Shown: positions 14,201-29,200 of the stretch, in pieces
Numbering within the stretch: position 1 is the first letter of the stretch
How the letters are laid out: each line of letters starts with the position of its first letter
DNA from: Bispira polyomma
Lineage: Eukaryota
Length of the DNA stretch: 64,000 nt
Direction: 5' to 3'
NCBI GenBank assembly: GCA_965649765.1
Contig: OZ287756.1
Location: forward strand, 9,858,001-9,922,000
The notes under the pieces: model-generated
Databases searched by the model: none
What the model was told of the DNA's origin: nothing
What the model saw: only the letters and a program-made list of their open reading frames with translations
Made by a program: the position numbers and the translations under genes

Positions 14201-17200
14201 TTTTGATTTTTGCCGTTAAAATATTGGTCTGAATAAGGCTCTGTTTGACATTAAGCAAAGAGCTCAGTGTTACCTTTGCACTTAACACTAAGACTAACAG
14301 AAGGCAGTCTTACATAGTTTAGACATATTCAATGTTAAGCTGGAGACTAAGTTAAAATTAAGACTTTTGTGAATACAGCCCATAGAGTATAAAAATAGCA
14401 AGAAATTGGTATATACAGTCAAACCAAACAGAAACCACTCCTACTTAAAGAGAACTGTCAATTGTCCAGTGAATTTTCCTCTGTACAAATAGGCTCTGTA
14501 GCAATACCACTCCTACAAGTTATGACCAGAGACCGCCTAAACTATTCCCAACAACAATATTTGACCTGTGTATAAGAGACCGCTTTTAAATATAACGGGC
14601 CAATTTTATAGCCTCATCTAAGGGTCCAGGTTTGATCTTCACTGCAGGCCTGGAGAGTGTACCCTTGGACAAGGTGCCTCACCCAAAGTTATACTTCTCC
14701 AGCCAGGTGTATCAATGGTTACATGGCTACTAACGCATGGTCACCGTGTTAGTTTCTGTGCCGTATGTGGCAGCATGGCTAGTATACTCCTTGAGAGAGC
14801 TGACAGTGAAACAATTGGTTGACAAGTGGGTAGAACCCAGGCTGGGAGCGTAAACTGTGTACAGCGCTTTGAAAGAAAGCACTATATAAATGCATTTTAC
14901 ATTTACAATTAGTTTAGTTTGTCATTCTTTGTATTATTGTATTGTATTATATATTTTTAATGTTTAGGACATGTGCTCAAAACACGCAACATCTAAATCA
15001 ATCCATCAATCCTGTGTCCTAGAACAAGATAACCTCAGGGTTGGCATCAGTAAGCAATGGCTGTGTTCACATCTTGCCCAATGATGTTATCCCACCAATA
15101 TGATAGGGATATGGAAGACTTTAGTGTTGTTATTTTCATATCATACAGCCACCATAACTTCATGACTTTCTCGCATGTCTATTCTGTGCAATCTCTCAGA
15201 TACCTTGCTCTGTTACTGAGTGCCAAGGACTATGGGATGAAGATTTACCAGGACGTCCGCGCCAGCTGGTGGATGATAATCATGTAAGTTCAGAAGCCAT
15301 ATATAGTATTTTCTGAATATTTTGTATCAAGAAATGCGATTGGCTGGTCAAATTGTCTGAAGCATTCTATTTAGTTTAAATGAAGAAAATTCTGAAAATA
15401 GCAGATTTTTTTGTGAAACTCAATATGGTCTGTGGGGGTCAAAAACGTTTCAAGACTTGTTTATTATTTTTTAAGTTTTCTTTATTTTAGTCAATCAAAT
15501 TTGTTGACACAGTTTTGAATAACTTTCTGTCTTTTGGAACAAGAATAATTGTGAATACCAAATATTCTGTTATCCTGTATAGTGTAATTAATGAATTTTT
15601 TTTACATATTCTAGTGTATAATTATTCCGACTGAAATGTATAATTGATACATACCATTTTATCATCTTTGATTGATATATTGTTACATTTTTTGTAATAC
15701 TGTCAGGGGCGAAGCCACAGTTAATGCCAATACGCCCAGGCGTACCAATTTAATAACAAGGAAAAAAAAAGATTTAAAAAAAATTAAAATTATTATTATT
15801 CTGTTTGTTTTAGTAGTCACATAGATTCATGTTTTTAAAAATTTTGTTTTGGTACCCAAATTAAAGCAAAATCCCCCCATGAATTTAATTTTTGGTAGGC
15901 CAAAAACAACGTAATTTTTTGTTTTAATTGGGGAGTACCAAATGAAAAATCCTGGCTACTCCCCTGACTGTATCAGTGGAAAAAAAGAGTTAAAAAGTGT
16001 GTACAATACAATCCTAGTAGGACCAATAGGGCCTATATTTGATAAGATTACAAAGTAGAACTTCTAAAATTGACAGAGATCTTGTTCACAGATCATAGAA
16101 CTTCAAGGTTAATGAATTAGAAGATGTATTTCTGTTTGAAACAATAGAAAACATCAATTTGGGAGAGCTGTAAATAAGTTTTATGAGATTGGATGTTCCA
16201 ATTACAGAAGGTTGGTCAAAAGAGTTTCTACTGTAAAAAACTACACTTTATATCTATCACAATTTTTAACACAAGGCAGGTAGTACAACATATTTTATAT
16301 CCCCCAGTGTATTGCATATAAATCCTGTATTTCATGACCGAGTGGATAATACATAGAAAATAACCACAAACATTCTCAGCCAATCAAATTCTTTGAAATA
16401 ATATTTTAAGCCAATGAAATTTGGTTGAGACCAAATTTTCAAACTAAGAATTTTTGTGTGTACACCTGTACATTCCAGACGCTGACTGTTTGCTCGTTTT
16501 TTCAGTGCCCTGGTTCAGTGTGCCATCTTGACCCTGATATACATGCTCCTAATGCGCTGGCTGGCGACCGCTATGGTCCTCATTACAATCCTTGCTTTTA
16601 TAGGCGGGTTTGGGTTTGGTAAGAACAAGCATGACCAGTAAACCCTATTTCACTTTATGGTCATTCCTTGCGGGAGTGGCTGTCCATGACTTTTGTCGAA
16701 CTCTTTTTGAATGCGTTTCGTTTATTCTTGATTTTATTTTTTCCTTTTCAGCAGTCATAATTGTGTGTTTCACAAGTTTTCACGTGGTTTTACTTTCAGT
16801 GAAGTTTTGTTTTATTTTTTCAGGAATTCCTTGTCGTGACTACTGTACAGTTTATCTTTGTAATTCAGTCTCAAACTTACACCTAATTGGCGATCTGACA
16901 AAGGCTCAAAACTACCATGTTTATCCATATAAATACTGCATTCTTACTTAACACAATGTAATACAGTAGACCACTGTCTTCTGTTTGATTAACCTTCTAT
17001 TATCCAAACCAAATCTTGCTCTCCCAGCATGTCTGGATGATAGAAGGTTGATTTTGAATTTGGGAGAGTGGAAATGTCACCATAAAATCAGAGTATTCGG
17101 ATAACAGAAGTTCGCAGGTGATGCTATTGTATTTATCGTAGATTTGTTTATGAGGTGACGCATAAATTTTCCATCAGCGGTGTACTACTTTTATCTTGGT

Positions 17201-20200
17201 GGCATCTTTGATGTACCCAGCTTGTGGCCATGGCTTAATTGCGGGTGCGGTAATATTTCTGTGGGAAATTTCATATACCTAATATTGTATTTTATTCTGA
17301 AAGCTATAACTTTCTTATTTCTTGTGGGATTTTTAAATTTTTTTTTCACCATTTTAACCAGAAGAATAATTCGATCGCATAGCGGCATTTTTTTTGCACC
17401 ACAATCCTACCTCTTCTATTTTACTAAGGATCAATTTTATTAACGCAATCCACACCAGCAGCAGCCAACAGCCCAATTGAGATAGTTTGGTATATTAGAG
17501 TGTCATCGATTAGAATATCATATATGAGTGCATTATGAAACCCCAGAAATCACCTGTAGTGAGAGTTTTAATGACTTTTGCTATCTGTGAACTTATCACT
17601 GAGAATTTCCTTCGGTATATGATAATACTGCTCCATTAGTGGCGAAGGGCTTAATAGAGTTTTAGGCACTAAATTCAATTATGAAATCAAATTTTAAATA
17701 CGTTTACTGTATCAGGAATGATCTAGATTTGAGTTAAGTATGAGTTTGAGCTGAGTATTATGATGTTTGTTTGGAAAGTTTATTGTTTATTGTATTTTCT
17801 ACTATGTGTACTACAAGGGTGGACAGCTTAGCGGGCGGGACAGCGATAGAGGACAGTAACTTAAAATATAAAATTTGTTGCATTTACAAAGCCTTCTTCA
17901 AAATATAAAGTATTTAACCGACTAATTTTATTGTAAATACAGGCTTTGCATCCAAAACCGGGTCAGATTACTTGTTAAATAGATAAACTGTGTACATTTT
18001 AAGCTACTGTCCGCTAAGCTGTCCAACGTCCGCTAAGCTGTCCACCCCTGTAAAGATATTTACTATCCTGTCTTTTCCCGTTGTGGCCAGTGACCGTATT
18101 CTTGAAATTATCTCAAGCTCATTTCTGACTCAAGCTCAAATTTACAGTGTATTTGTTATTGGCTAGGGTGAAGTGAAGTAAAATGACTAGTCACAAGAGT
18201 ATAGGTTGTGCCTTAATTTACATGTTTGAGTTGAGTCTATTCTTAAGTTTCTTTCAAGAATACTGTCCCTGTGTTAGCCCTATTGTGGCCTTTATTTAAG
18301 ATAGTTTATGGTAATTTCCTCTTTGTGCTAGATATTTCCTCTCCTCTTAAATGTTTCAGACATAAATATTCAGCTAAAGACTTAGTTTAGACTCAGACCG
18401 TGGCTACCTATGGCTTTTATTGAGGCAGTTTATGGTACTTCCCACCCTGTAACTGTATATGTTCCTACCCTGTCTCTTTTGCCTCTCCAGTGGCCTGGTG
18501 ATAACTATATTGTGGCTAGCTATGGCTTTTATTAAGAAAGTTTATGGTACTTTCCACTCTATACAATATATGTCCTACCATCTGTGTCCTCTAGTGGTCT
18601 GGTTTTAGCCATATTGTGGCTACAGCTATGGCCTTTATTGAGGCAGTTAATGGTACTTTCCACTCTGTACTATATATACCCTCCTGTCTCCCCTCTACAA
18701 TGGCCTGGTGTTCGCCATGTGGCCTATGGCATCTATTTAGAAAGTTCATGGTACTTTCCACTCTGTACTATATATTTCCCTACCCTGTTTCTTTTTTCCC
18801 TCTCCAGTGGTCTGGTGATAGCTATGTTGTGGTGCTTTGTTTGGATTGTGCTCATGAGATGGCTGGCTGGTATCATGGTCTGGCTCACGATTGCCATCTT
18901 TATTGGGCTCTTTACCTTCAGTAAGTATTTATCCTTCTCTATTTATTTTCACGCTTAAGCTCTTGTTTCCATGCATGCAAATGTGTCATCCGTGCACATT
19001 ATACAAATATATCAAACATTATTTGACGAGTACATTTAACTGTGTACGTCATCAGTGGTGTACTAACTTATGGGAAGGTCTGGGGGAAATGGTGGCCTAA
19101 TGGTTAGAAATGATTGCTAATAATCACTGGCCTCTCACCAATGTGGCTTTGAATCCAGTCCGTTCCTTCATGTGGGAAAGTTTGTCAGGTACTGACTGTA
19201 GGTAAGTGGTTTACACTTGCTTCACAACTGGTTTCTTCCAACGTGTCAAAATATGTCTAGCAGTGATTTTAATGACTTTTAATGGATTTTCAAAAGGTAG
19301 AAGTTGAATAAAATTTACAGTTTATTGTACTAATAAATATGAAAATGCGGTAAAGAAATTTTGTCACTTTGGACAATGCACAAAAAATGATGTAAGAATT
19401 ACTAAAATCAGCCCACAAATGAGAATGTTGTGCTTTGAAAACTACATGTTATTATACACACTGCATGTGAAATAAATGATCTTGCCTCATTAGCTTCTGT
19501 CAGTGGAAGGTCGGTGGTTTACAGTTATTTAGAACTAGTTTCTTCCGCAATTAAATCTGGCCATCGTGATTTGACCTGAGTTGTTGAAAGTGCTGTAAAA
19601 CCCAACTATATTCGTGTTCAAAATCTTGCATCATTGACCGATAGGTTTGCTGGGAACAGATGACAGAGATATATGCACAGGAACATCACCTGATAAGTCT
19701 ATTGCTATGTCAAAGTCTCCACATTAAAGAAAAATGTGTTGTCATAGTTATCGTAAAGCTTCAGCTATCTTTAGCACAGTCACTTCTATATATGAGAGAG
19801 ATAATCTGACAGTACATATAAAATAATAGACTATAGTCTATAAAGATACCATGTTTAAATTAAATCTTGACCATAAAAGATGCTGACAGTAATAATGTAC
19901 TCGGGATTATTTGGATTAACCAATACCAATCTGTATTTGCTCTTATAATACCGCCAAAGGTACACCACCTGGTACAGTACGGTACCCCAGTACCTCAGGA
20001 TAGGAACTGACTAGCAACATTACCGCTAATGAAACCATACTAAACATACAGTCTAAATACAATTTACGTAGTAAATAGTAATTATTGTATCAAGCTTTAA
20101 CCCTATCTTACACCTGAAGCTTTACTGACATTTTAAAATGCACCTTGGCATATTTTTACCTCCACCAAGGACTTGTATAGAGTTGTCTACTGTATCTAAC

Positions 20201-23200
20201 TGTAGTTTAATGTACATTTCACACACTGTTAACATTTTATGTTGTCATTACAGCCACCTACTACTGCTTCACCAAGTACGTGGAGTTAAAAGATTTACCC
20301 GAGTCGTCGGGAGCCATCATGTTCACCACCAACCTGGACTACTACCTGAATCTCACCTACACTTGGCTCACACTAGGTAAGTGATGTTTTTTTTATTTTT
20401 TTTTTTTTTTTTTTAAAAGGTAAGTGATGTTGTGGTGATGAATTGTTCTCTTATTTATGACAAATAAACTTACCTTATCCTTACAATATGCTGTTTTTGT
20501 TCCTTCATACCTTTTACTATATCATAGGTGGTTTGTAATCGAAAAGGGTTAAATGTGGGGAAACTAGTGATAACTTAAATGCAGAGCCAAGTCGAGTTTC
20601 ACATGAACTTGTCAGGTATGACGCACATTACAACAAGAGCTATCCAGAATTGACATGACTATCACAACCTATATAATTATTACGGATTTTTAACACGCTT
20701 TGGGGGCCGCGGTGGCCTAGTGGTTAGCAAGCATTGCGCTTCACAATAACTGATCTCTCGCCTCTGGGCGGCGTGAGTTTGAATCCCGTCGATGCCTATG
20801 TGGGAAAAGTGGTAGTTCCTTACTGTGGGCCGCTGGTTTCAGTGCAGAACCTTGATCAACTGTATGCAGTGTTTCATCCAGCGTTTCCAACTACCCGTCC
20901 CAATATAACCTAAACAGGTACTAGAGTGGACGTTAAATATCCCAATTAAAAAAAAAAACTAACACGCTTTTTTGATGCTAGGCATTTTCTAAAGTGCAAC
21001 AGCAGAATCAGTGACCCAATTCTAAAGTCCATTAGCATAGCAAAGTCATAAGGAAAAATGTGGAGTGTACTGGAGGGTGGTAGGCAAAGTTAACGAGTAG
21101 AGTGTTTTCCTAAAACCGATGAGTATATCTACTGACAGGAGGTCAACTGGGAGGCTGTTCCATAAGCATGCAGCTGCAATGAAGAAAGCTCTGAATCCAG
21201 CCTTCCTGGTGGGTCTAACCAAAGAAACAGAGAGTCTGTTGCCTCTCTTTAGGTTACTCAAAGAGAGAAGCGAAGCGAGTTAGGAGGGTTGTTAAGTGAC
21301 TACAGCCTTAAAAGTGATAACGTGAATTTTGAAAGGTGCTGTAGTGGTGAAATAGTTTTCTTATTTACGACAAATTAGCTTACCCTTATCCTCACAATAT
21401 GCTATAATTATTTTTTAATTAACCCGCCCGACTAAAAAAGCAATACTAATAGGCACAGAAATGCTATGAGTTTTGTTGGACATCACCCAAGTTTTGATGC
21501 TGTTGTAAAAATGGTCAATTTCCGATAGTGGTTGAGTGAAGTTGCCGGGTTGGCAACCAAAAACAATAGAAAGGTAACACATACCACAAGGAAGTGAGGA
21601 CAATTCCTGCACATGCGCAGTACACTTTGTTGGGAGATGTACCAAGATTAGTCTTTGAAAAAAAAGACAATTATTCTTTTTTTGTCGGGCCGGTTATTCA
21701 AATAGAAATAATGTATATTGTGAGGATAAGGTAAGTATTTATCTTACAAAAAGATAAATTACAAAAAAATATTTACAAATGATATATCGACAATATGGGA
21801 ATTGCACAATAGAACCTTTATTAGCTAAGTATTTAGGGAGAGCAAGATTTTATTTGGATGACATAGAAGTGTTGTTTCTAAAACAATAGGAAAGCATAAA
21901 GTTAGGAGAGTAGGAAAAGTTGATAAAATTGAGTGTTCAAATATTAGAAGTTTAGATAATACAAGTTTTTCTGCATCTGGGGCATGGGCCAAGAAAAAAA
22001 TCTACTAAATTTTGTGGATCCAAGGATTGTTTCTCTTTTTTGCACACTTTTGTGTATTGTGTGACACCTTGGCAGAGTTACGCGTTCTACTGAGTGCCCT
22101 TAAAAGTTGGTTTAATGCTATTATAACTGATATCCATTCTTTGTTTATGTATTTTCTAGGTATCATATCGGCAGTGATTCTCTTCATCATTTTAATTGTG
22201 ATCCTCTTCCTAAGAAGCAGAATATTGATTGCTATCGCCCTCATCAAGGAGGCTAGCAGGTAGGTTTAGTTTAACACAAATATCGGGGCGTGGTGGCCTT
22301 GTGGTTAACAATCACTGGTCTCTCACCTCTGGGCGGTGTGAGTTTCGAATCCTGTCGATGCCTATGTGGGAAAGGTGGTAGTTCCTTACTGTGGGCCGCT
22401 GGTTTCAGTGCAGAACCTTGATCAACTGTATGCAGTGTTTCCTCCAGCGTTTACAACTACCCGTCCCAACTACCCGTCCCAACTACCCGTCCCAATATAA
22501 CCTAAACAGGTACCAGAGTGGACATTAAATATCCAAATTAAAATTAACACAAATATCACGACTAAAGGTTCACATATTGGCGGTATGGTAGGCGGAATCA
22601 GAAGGTAGCAGAATTAACTGTGAAATCACCTGTTCCATCTTGTCACAGATGAAAACAGTAGGCAAAAGACCAGAACAGACAGTTACTGTTATGGTAGACT
22701 TACAGTAGGGTGAAATAGAAATACTTAGGAACACTCAGAAAAAGGGCAAAATTGTGCGGTAACGGGATGAAAAATTGCAGTATTGCAACAGAAAATACCC
22801 GGAAATAGTTGGAAATGGGCGGAAACAGCTGATTACTGGGAAGGTAGGGTTACAGTAGTAATTTGGCAATATTCGGAAATCGTCTGCCTTTTTCCGCTTT
22901 GATTAATGTTTATTAGATAAGTTGAATGTGAAAACGACGAAGTATCGCCACACAAGATTACTGTGGTACAGCACTTTTAAAACAAAACACAACAAAATTT
23001 TATGTACAATAAATTAGCATTGGATTGATACTAAAATCATTTAAAATGGAAAGATCCAAATAAGAAGCCACAGCTAAAACAATATTATAAATGTTTTTGC
23101 TTAACTGTAACAACAAAATGCAGCAGTGTAGAGAATTGTGCTATACATACATTACAAATGGGTTTTTTTCGGATTATACTCAACTTAGGCTTTGCTGTAA

Positions 23201-26200
23201 GGTTATAGATAAACCGGAAGGGGTACCCAAGGAGATGGACCAAAATAAATAAAATTCACAGTGAGTGATTTATTTGTGGCAAGACTTATTTCTTACTCCT
23301 CTGCACATATGCACTGTTAGCCAATTTTGTAGTACATTGTTTTCCATAGGGCTGTAGGCCAGATGATATTCACCCTGTTCTGGCCCCTCATCCCTTGGGT
23401 CTTACAACTTGCTCTGTTTGGTTACTGGGGAGCGTCCGCTCTATACCTCGCCTCCATGGGACAACAGCAGTATGCACAGAGCTTCAAGAATGTTACTAAC
23501 ACCACCAATGATGATGGGAGCTACACGCTAGAAGAGGTGGTCACTACGACAACGGATTACGTACCATGCGACCCAACGGAAAATTCCACTGCTGGCTCTG
23601 TGTGTAACTTTCTAAAGAATGGGGGCGATGAGTAAGTATGAATGGAAAATATCTTGCTGTATATGTATATATATATATGTTCATTGAAAAATAACTTGTT
23701 TTGGGGTTAACCCGTTGTGTAGTCAATGAATATCAGTGCCATAGCAATGATTGTGTGGAAATATGTGAAAACCATTGCACCACTTTCATTTACTAAGCAT
23801 TTAATGTGTTTAAAAGATATATAAAACAGGAGGAATTTCTGTGAAATAACATGAAATAAATTTGTGTCAGACTATAAATATAGTATGAACCCAATTACCT
23901 GGTTTCTTTTTCAATGAAGTATATATGTAGTCAAAGTCCAAAAATGCTGCTGCTACTAAAAATATAAATATTCTTACTCACACAGTTTAGTATATCTATA
24001 TTTTTTAGATTCAAAGCACTGGGTAGTCCTTAATTTTTCTTTTAAATCAATTCTGTAATGCTGCGTAATCTCCGGCTGTACTAACAGATTCTAAGCTGCA
24101 AGGGTCCTCAAGTGTGCAACTTAGTTTAAAGAGATGGAACTTGAAAAATGCTTCATCTGATTCCAGCTCCACTGAATAATGGTTGGTCTTCTGTTTCCTG
24201 TATGTTGCGCAGTTAGTCTTGTGATCGGAAGGTCCCCAGTTTGACTGCAGCTTTATGCCACAGGGTTGATAATGGTGGGATAATATATCTTTAGGCGAGA
24301 TGGATCATGCCATTGTTGTAGGACATCTGATTAGTTTATCAATTGTTAGAATTGTTATTGCATGTTAGAAGACGCCTCGCATCAGTAAACCACGTTAATA
24401 AATATATATTTATTTCAATTGTACAAATAACAGTAATGTACAATAAGGTTTGGTAAATTGAAGGAAAAATAAATGATACAATAGATTAATGTCCTCCTTT
24501 GTTTTTCTGCTTCCAGGTACACCATTTACCTACAGTTTTACATGCTGTTCATGCTGTTCTGGGTGATGAACTTTATCATTGCCCTGGGTCAGATGACGTT
24601 AGCTGGAGCTTTCGCCTCCTATTACTTCGCGTTTAAGAAACCCGATGATATCCCAGCATTCCCTGTTACCGCAGCACTTTGGCGTAGTCTAAGGTATAGT
24701 GATTTATAATTTTTACGTTACTTATTTTTAAACACTGTTTTCAAATGCAATTTATGATCATCAGGGTGTTGTATTTGAGATCAGCTTTATTCAATTTACT
24801 GCCAATAATGGTTTTGGGGATAGTATAATTGTCATATTATAATCTTCCTGATTACACTGTATCTGTATCTGGCCATCATGGTTTTGTATTCGAGATAAGC
24901 TTTATTAGTAATATTATATATATGTACTAGTAAAATTTAAATACTAATGAGTTTCAAAAGTACCCAATGCCTGGCATATATTTTTACTATTCATTCCATC
25001 TGGAGACCCTGGATTTTGAAGCCCTAAAGTTTTTAGCGCTGAATTTGAATTATAATGTAGAGTTGGGGGTCGAGGTGGCGCTTGCTAATAATTACTGGTC
25101 TCTGGCCATAATGTGGGTTTAAATCGTGGTTGTTCCTATGTGTGTGGAAAACTTTGTCAGGTATCTTGCTGTGCAGTAGGTTGGTTGTTTTTTTTTACCA
25201 TTAAATCTGGCTGTTGTGTGATATGACCAAGTCTGGTGACAGCGATAGAGAACCCAACTAAATTCAAATTCAAATATGCGGTCAGCTTTTAAATGCATGT
25301 TTCCCCTCAAAAAATATAAGGTGACCTTATAGAGTTGAGCTTGAGTGTGAGTTGAGCTCCAGGGCCCGTATTCTCGAACGTATACTCAGCTTAAACTCAT
25401 ACTCAACTCAAATCTAGATTCTCTATATCTCTAAATACGGTATATATATTAAAAATCTGACTTGATATTTGAATTCAGGGTCAAAAGCTCTGTTAAAATG
25501 AATGGTCACAAGTCTAGGTTATTTCCATGTATAATGATTTCCACATGGCCTATTTTTGAGTTGAGTATGAGTTTAAGCTGAGTATACGTTCGAGAATACC
25601 GGCCCAGAGATTTTTATGGACCTTTTTATCTGGCAGTGCTAAGTCTGATCCAGTACGTTATAACTGTAATAAATGTGAACAAAGGATGTGTCAAATTTTG
25701 TGTAAAATTATTTCTATGCCCTATGTACTTGTATCTGTGATTGTATGGAACCATGACTTAACTAAAATGTGAACAAAATATGCGTAAAATTATCATAACT
25801 ATAACCACTACTATTAATATTGTATTGTCAAGGTGACCTAAAAGCCCAATACGGCTGGGCAATTTTTATTTACCTGTATTACATATTGTTGTCATTATAT
25901 TGTATTGCATGTCACTATAATAAATAAATATATAATATAGGTACAAAAACAAAGGTTGCATTTCAAACAATGGAGCACAGAGATTCTCCTGTCAAACATT
26001 GAAGGTAGACCAGTTGTTTGTCTAAATTCTTATTGGACCAAGAGGCAGCCTATGAGTGAAAGGGTGTTCCACACCCAGTTCAGGGGACAGCTCCTGAAAC
26101 TGACTCTCCAGCTTTGGCTTAGTTTAGAGAAGTCAGAAAATCCTAAATTAGTGTTACTTCGGGACAGGAGGGAATTAAGTATTACCAAAACTTAGTATCA

Positions 26201-29200
26201 CAGCTTGTCTTTGGATGAGTAATCAGGAAATAAAGCACAGAACTGAATATTGGTCTTCATATTTACCCCTCCCTAACATCAGTTTTTGCCGAGCTACACC
26301 CTCTAATCCCCAGTAGTGATATAACAGCAAGTACCTATTTCTTGTTTCCTTTCAGGTTCCATCTGGGGACTCTTGCCTTTGGAGCACTGATCATTGCCAT
26401 CATCCAGATAATCCGTGTGATGCTGGAGTATGTCGATAGTAAACTTAAGGGAGCAGAGAACAGGGTGGCAAAGTTCTTTATCAAGTAAGTGATGTAAATA
26501 ACCCCTTACAGATTTTTTACGTCCCCGTGGTTAGGGAGTTGGTCTGGTCATCGAAACATATATAAAGCCCGGACAAGGCGCAGAAATCCTGATAAGATTT
26601 CCTTTGCGTTCTAGTCTATTCAACTTCAATTCACAAATTCAAAATTCATTTCAATCACAGTGTCTCCTACAGTGCACTAAAACTTTGGACAGTCTGCCTC
26701 AAGAAATTCGTACTGCTGCTACCTTTCCATCCTTTTGAAGCAAACCTACGACATATTTGTTTGTTAAGGCTGTCTCTCCCTAGTTATGTATTCATTTCAA
26801 TGTCTCCTGGGATATGACCAGCTTCTGTTAAAGGACATTACGAAACTTGAATATGATCATGTAATATAGATTAGCAGGTCCCGTGTTCCACTCCCGGTAC
26901 CGGCCACCAGTTTCCTTTGGTGGGATAACATATCCATTGGCAAGATGTGAACACAAGTTTGCCTAGTGGTTCAAATGACCACTTAAAATGGCGGTCCACT
27001 GTCACGTGAGTTCTATCTCCAGTGGTAGATTAAAGATCCTTGGGGCCATTGATAAATGGTCATCCTTAAGCCTCGGCGCCTCTAATGGCTGCCCATGAGG
27101 AAGCACATTTCAAATGACCTTATGTTGTACAAGTGCGCTACAACAAATATATGTTATGTCGAGTAGAACTCAACAATTAGGGTCATTCCACAGTACCATG
27201 ACTTTTTTTACTTTTCTTCAGTAGCACACATTTGCAGCATCTTAGTAAGTTTATATTTTATTGAAATCACCTTGTCTATGCCCGTAATATTATGGCTGTT
27301 TGCCTAATAGTATGATCAGGATGTTATGGCTTTTTGAGTTCTAGAGACTAGATCAGATTTAGATTACAGCAGAAGTCATTGTGTTTAAAAAATAATACAC
27401 AAGACTGTTAGGAAATGCCGGAAGTCATCTGTGGTGTGTGTTTTAGTGACTCCAGCTGTCTGCAACTTGTAGCCTGGCAATTTCCTTCAGTATATTTAAC
27501 TACTGTTCTATTGGGGGTAAAGGGTTGATAATGGACATTCAGTTACTGTATAATTATTTTTGTGCTTGGAAGTATGAGCTCTGCCATCTTCCGTCCTTGT
27601 GTTCTTTTTTGTGCATTCAAAGGAAAAGTATTGCAGATATATCTTCTATACTGGTTTTAACAACTAATTGTGAAATTGGAATTTATTTCACTAATTAGAC
27701 ATGTTTGTTCAAAGGGTAAATACTTTGAGATGTCACAAGTTTGACTGTAACTCTTTTGTTCTCCTTTCAGATGTCTCAAGTGCTGCTTCTGGTGTCTTGA
27801 AAAAGTCATCAAATTCATTAACAAAAATGCATACATTCTGGTAATTATTTCCAAATAAAATTTTAGTAAATCGGTAAATCTTAGAGTTTGAATTGTTAAA
27901 TATATATTAAAATTTGTGTATATTCAAAGTTTCATTATTTTCTATTTCTTTGTTGTCAAGTAACTCTAATCAGTGATTATTAAAAAAGTTTGAAACTTGT
28001 TCAAGTCAAGAGAGTAATTTGCTTTGTGGTTTAATTAATATATATATATTCTCTTTATTTTAAGACGGCCATATATGGGTACAATTTCTGCAAATCAGCA
28101 TTCACAGCTTTCAACCTGATTCTCAGGAATATCGTCAGGTAATTCTATGTTTACTGTAACTTTTTCAAATTAGTTTTTGCTGTTTAAATTGTGTTTTGCT
28201 TTTGTATTGATTAACTGTAAAGTTTTCTTGTGACTTTAATACAGATGTATGCTTAATAATCAAGTAACTTTATGTTATTTGTCATGACATATTTTTATTT
28301 ATCATTCTGTTCACACTGTTATTGTAACTACATGTAGAAGGAAAGAAAAACCCTAAAAAATAAAATGATGGCCAACAAAAAAAGATTATCTCAAAATAAT
28401 AAGTCAACAAAAAAGATAAGTCAATATCAATTGAGACACTTAACTCACTTTATCGAGATAAATAAGTTTGACAAACAAGACAATAATTTTACTCCTGACA
28501 TATATTTGTATGTGTCTATTTTTAGAGTGGCTGTGGTCGATAAAGTGACAGACTTCATCGTCTTCATAGGCAAACTGGTGGTTGTGGGAGCTGTCTGTAA
28601 GTCTACACATTGTCTTACTATGTGATATACATATATTACCGCCAAACCCCTTTAAGTAGAACTCTGATAAATGGAATTTCTTGTTAAGTAGAAGTTATTA
28701 TAAGGTCCCATGGCTAAAATTTACCCTGTTAAATAGAACAAATTGTTATGGTCCCTTAACATTGACTTAACAGGTATTTAGATGTATATTATTATTATCA
28801 TTTATATGTCAACCAGTAGTTAACACTGTCACTTAGGAATGTGGAGGACCTGGGTTCAATCCCTGAGACTGGTTCAGTAAAATATACATGGCTTCCTTCT
28901 GTCACTGGCTCCTATATGTGGACATGTTGATCAATGGTGTCGTCCCCAACCTTCTGACTCCACAGAAATCTTTTAGTGCTTATATCTGTATGTCTCTTTT
29001 CATTGAGTTAAGTTTTTAAAAAATGTTAAAAAATGGTAACTTCATTTTAAGAATTAGGAAATAAGGCAGATTAAATTTGTCCTTTTAAAATTTTTTTTAT
29101 ACAAATTAATAGATAATGAATTTGAATTTGGATATTTAACGTCCACTCTAGTACCTTTTAGTAGGTTATATTAGGATGGGTAGTTGGAAACGCTGGAGGA

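Noticed and set aside
16610-17443. Hydrophobic ORFs 16610..16951 and 17180..17443 (also 32237..32422) as membrane proteins
   Set aside because: Hydrophobicity follows from T-rich intron sequence; no family motifs or consistent splice phase.
20702-20790. tRNA gene
   Set aside because: The A and B boxes are followed by a shared SINE body in several copies; no proper cloverleaf.
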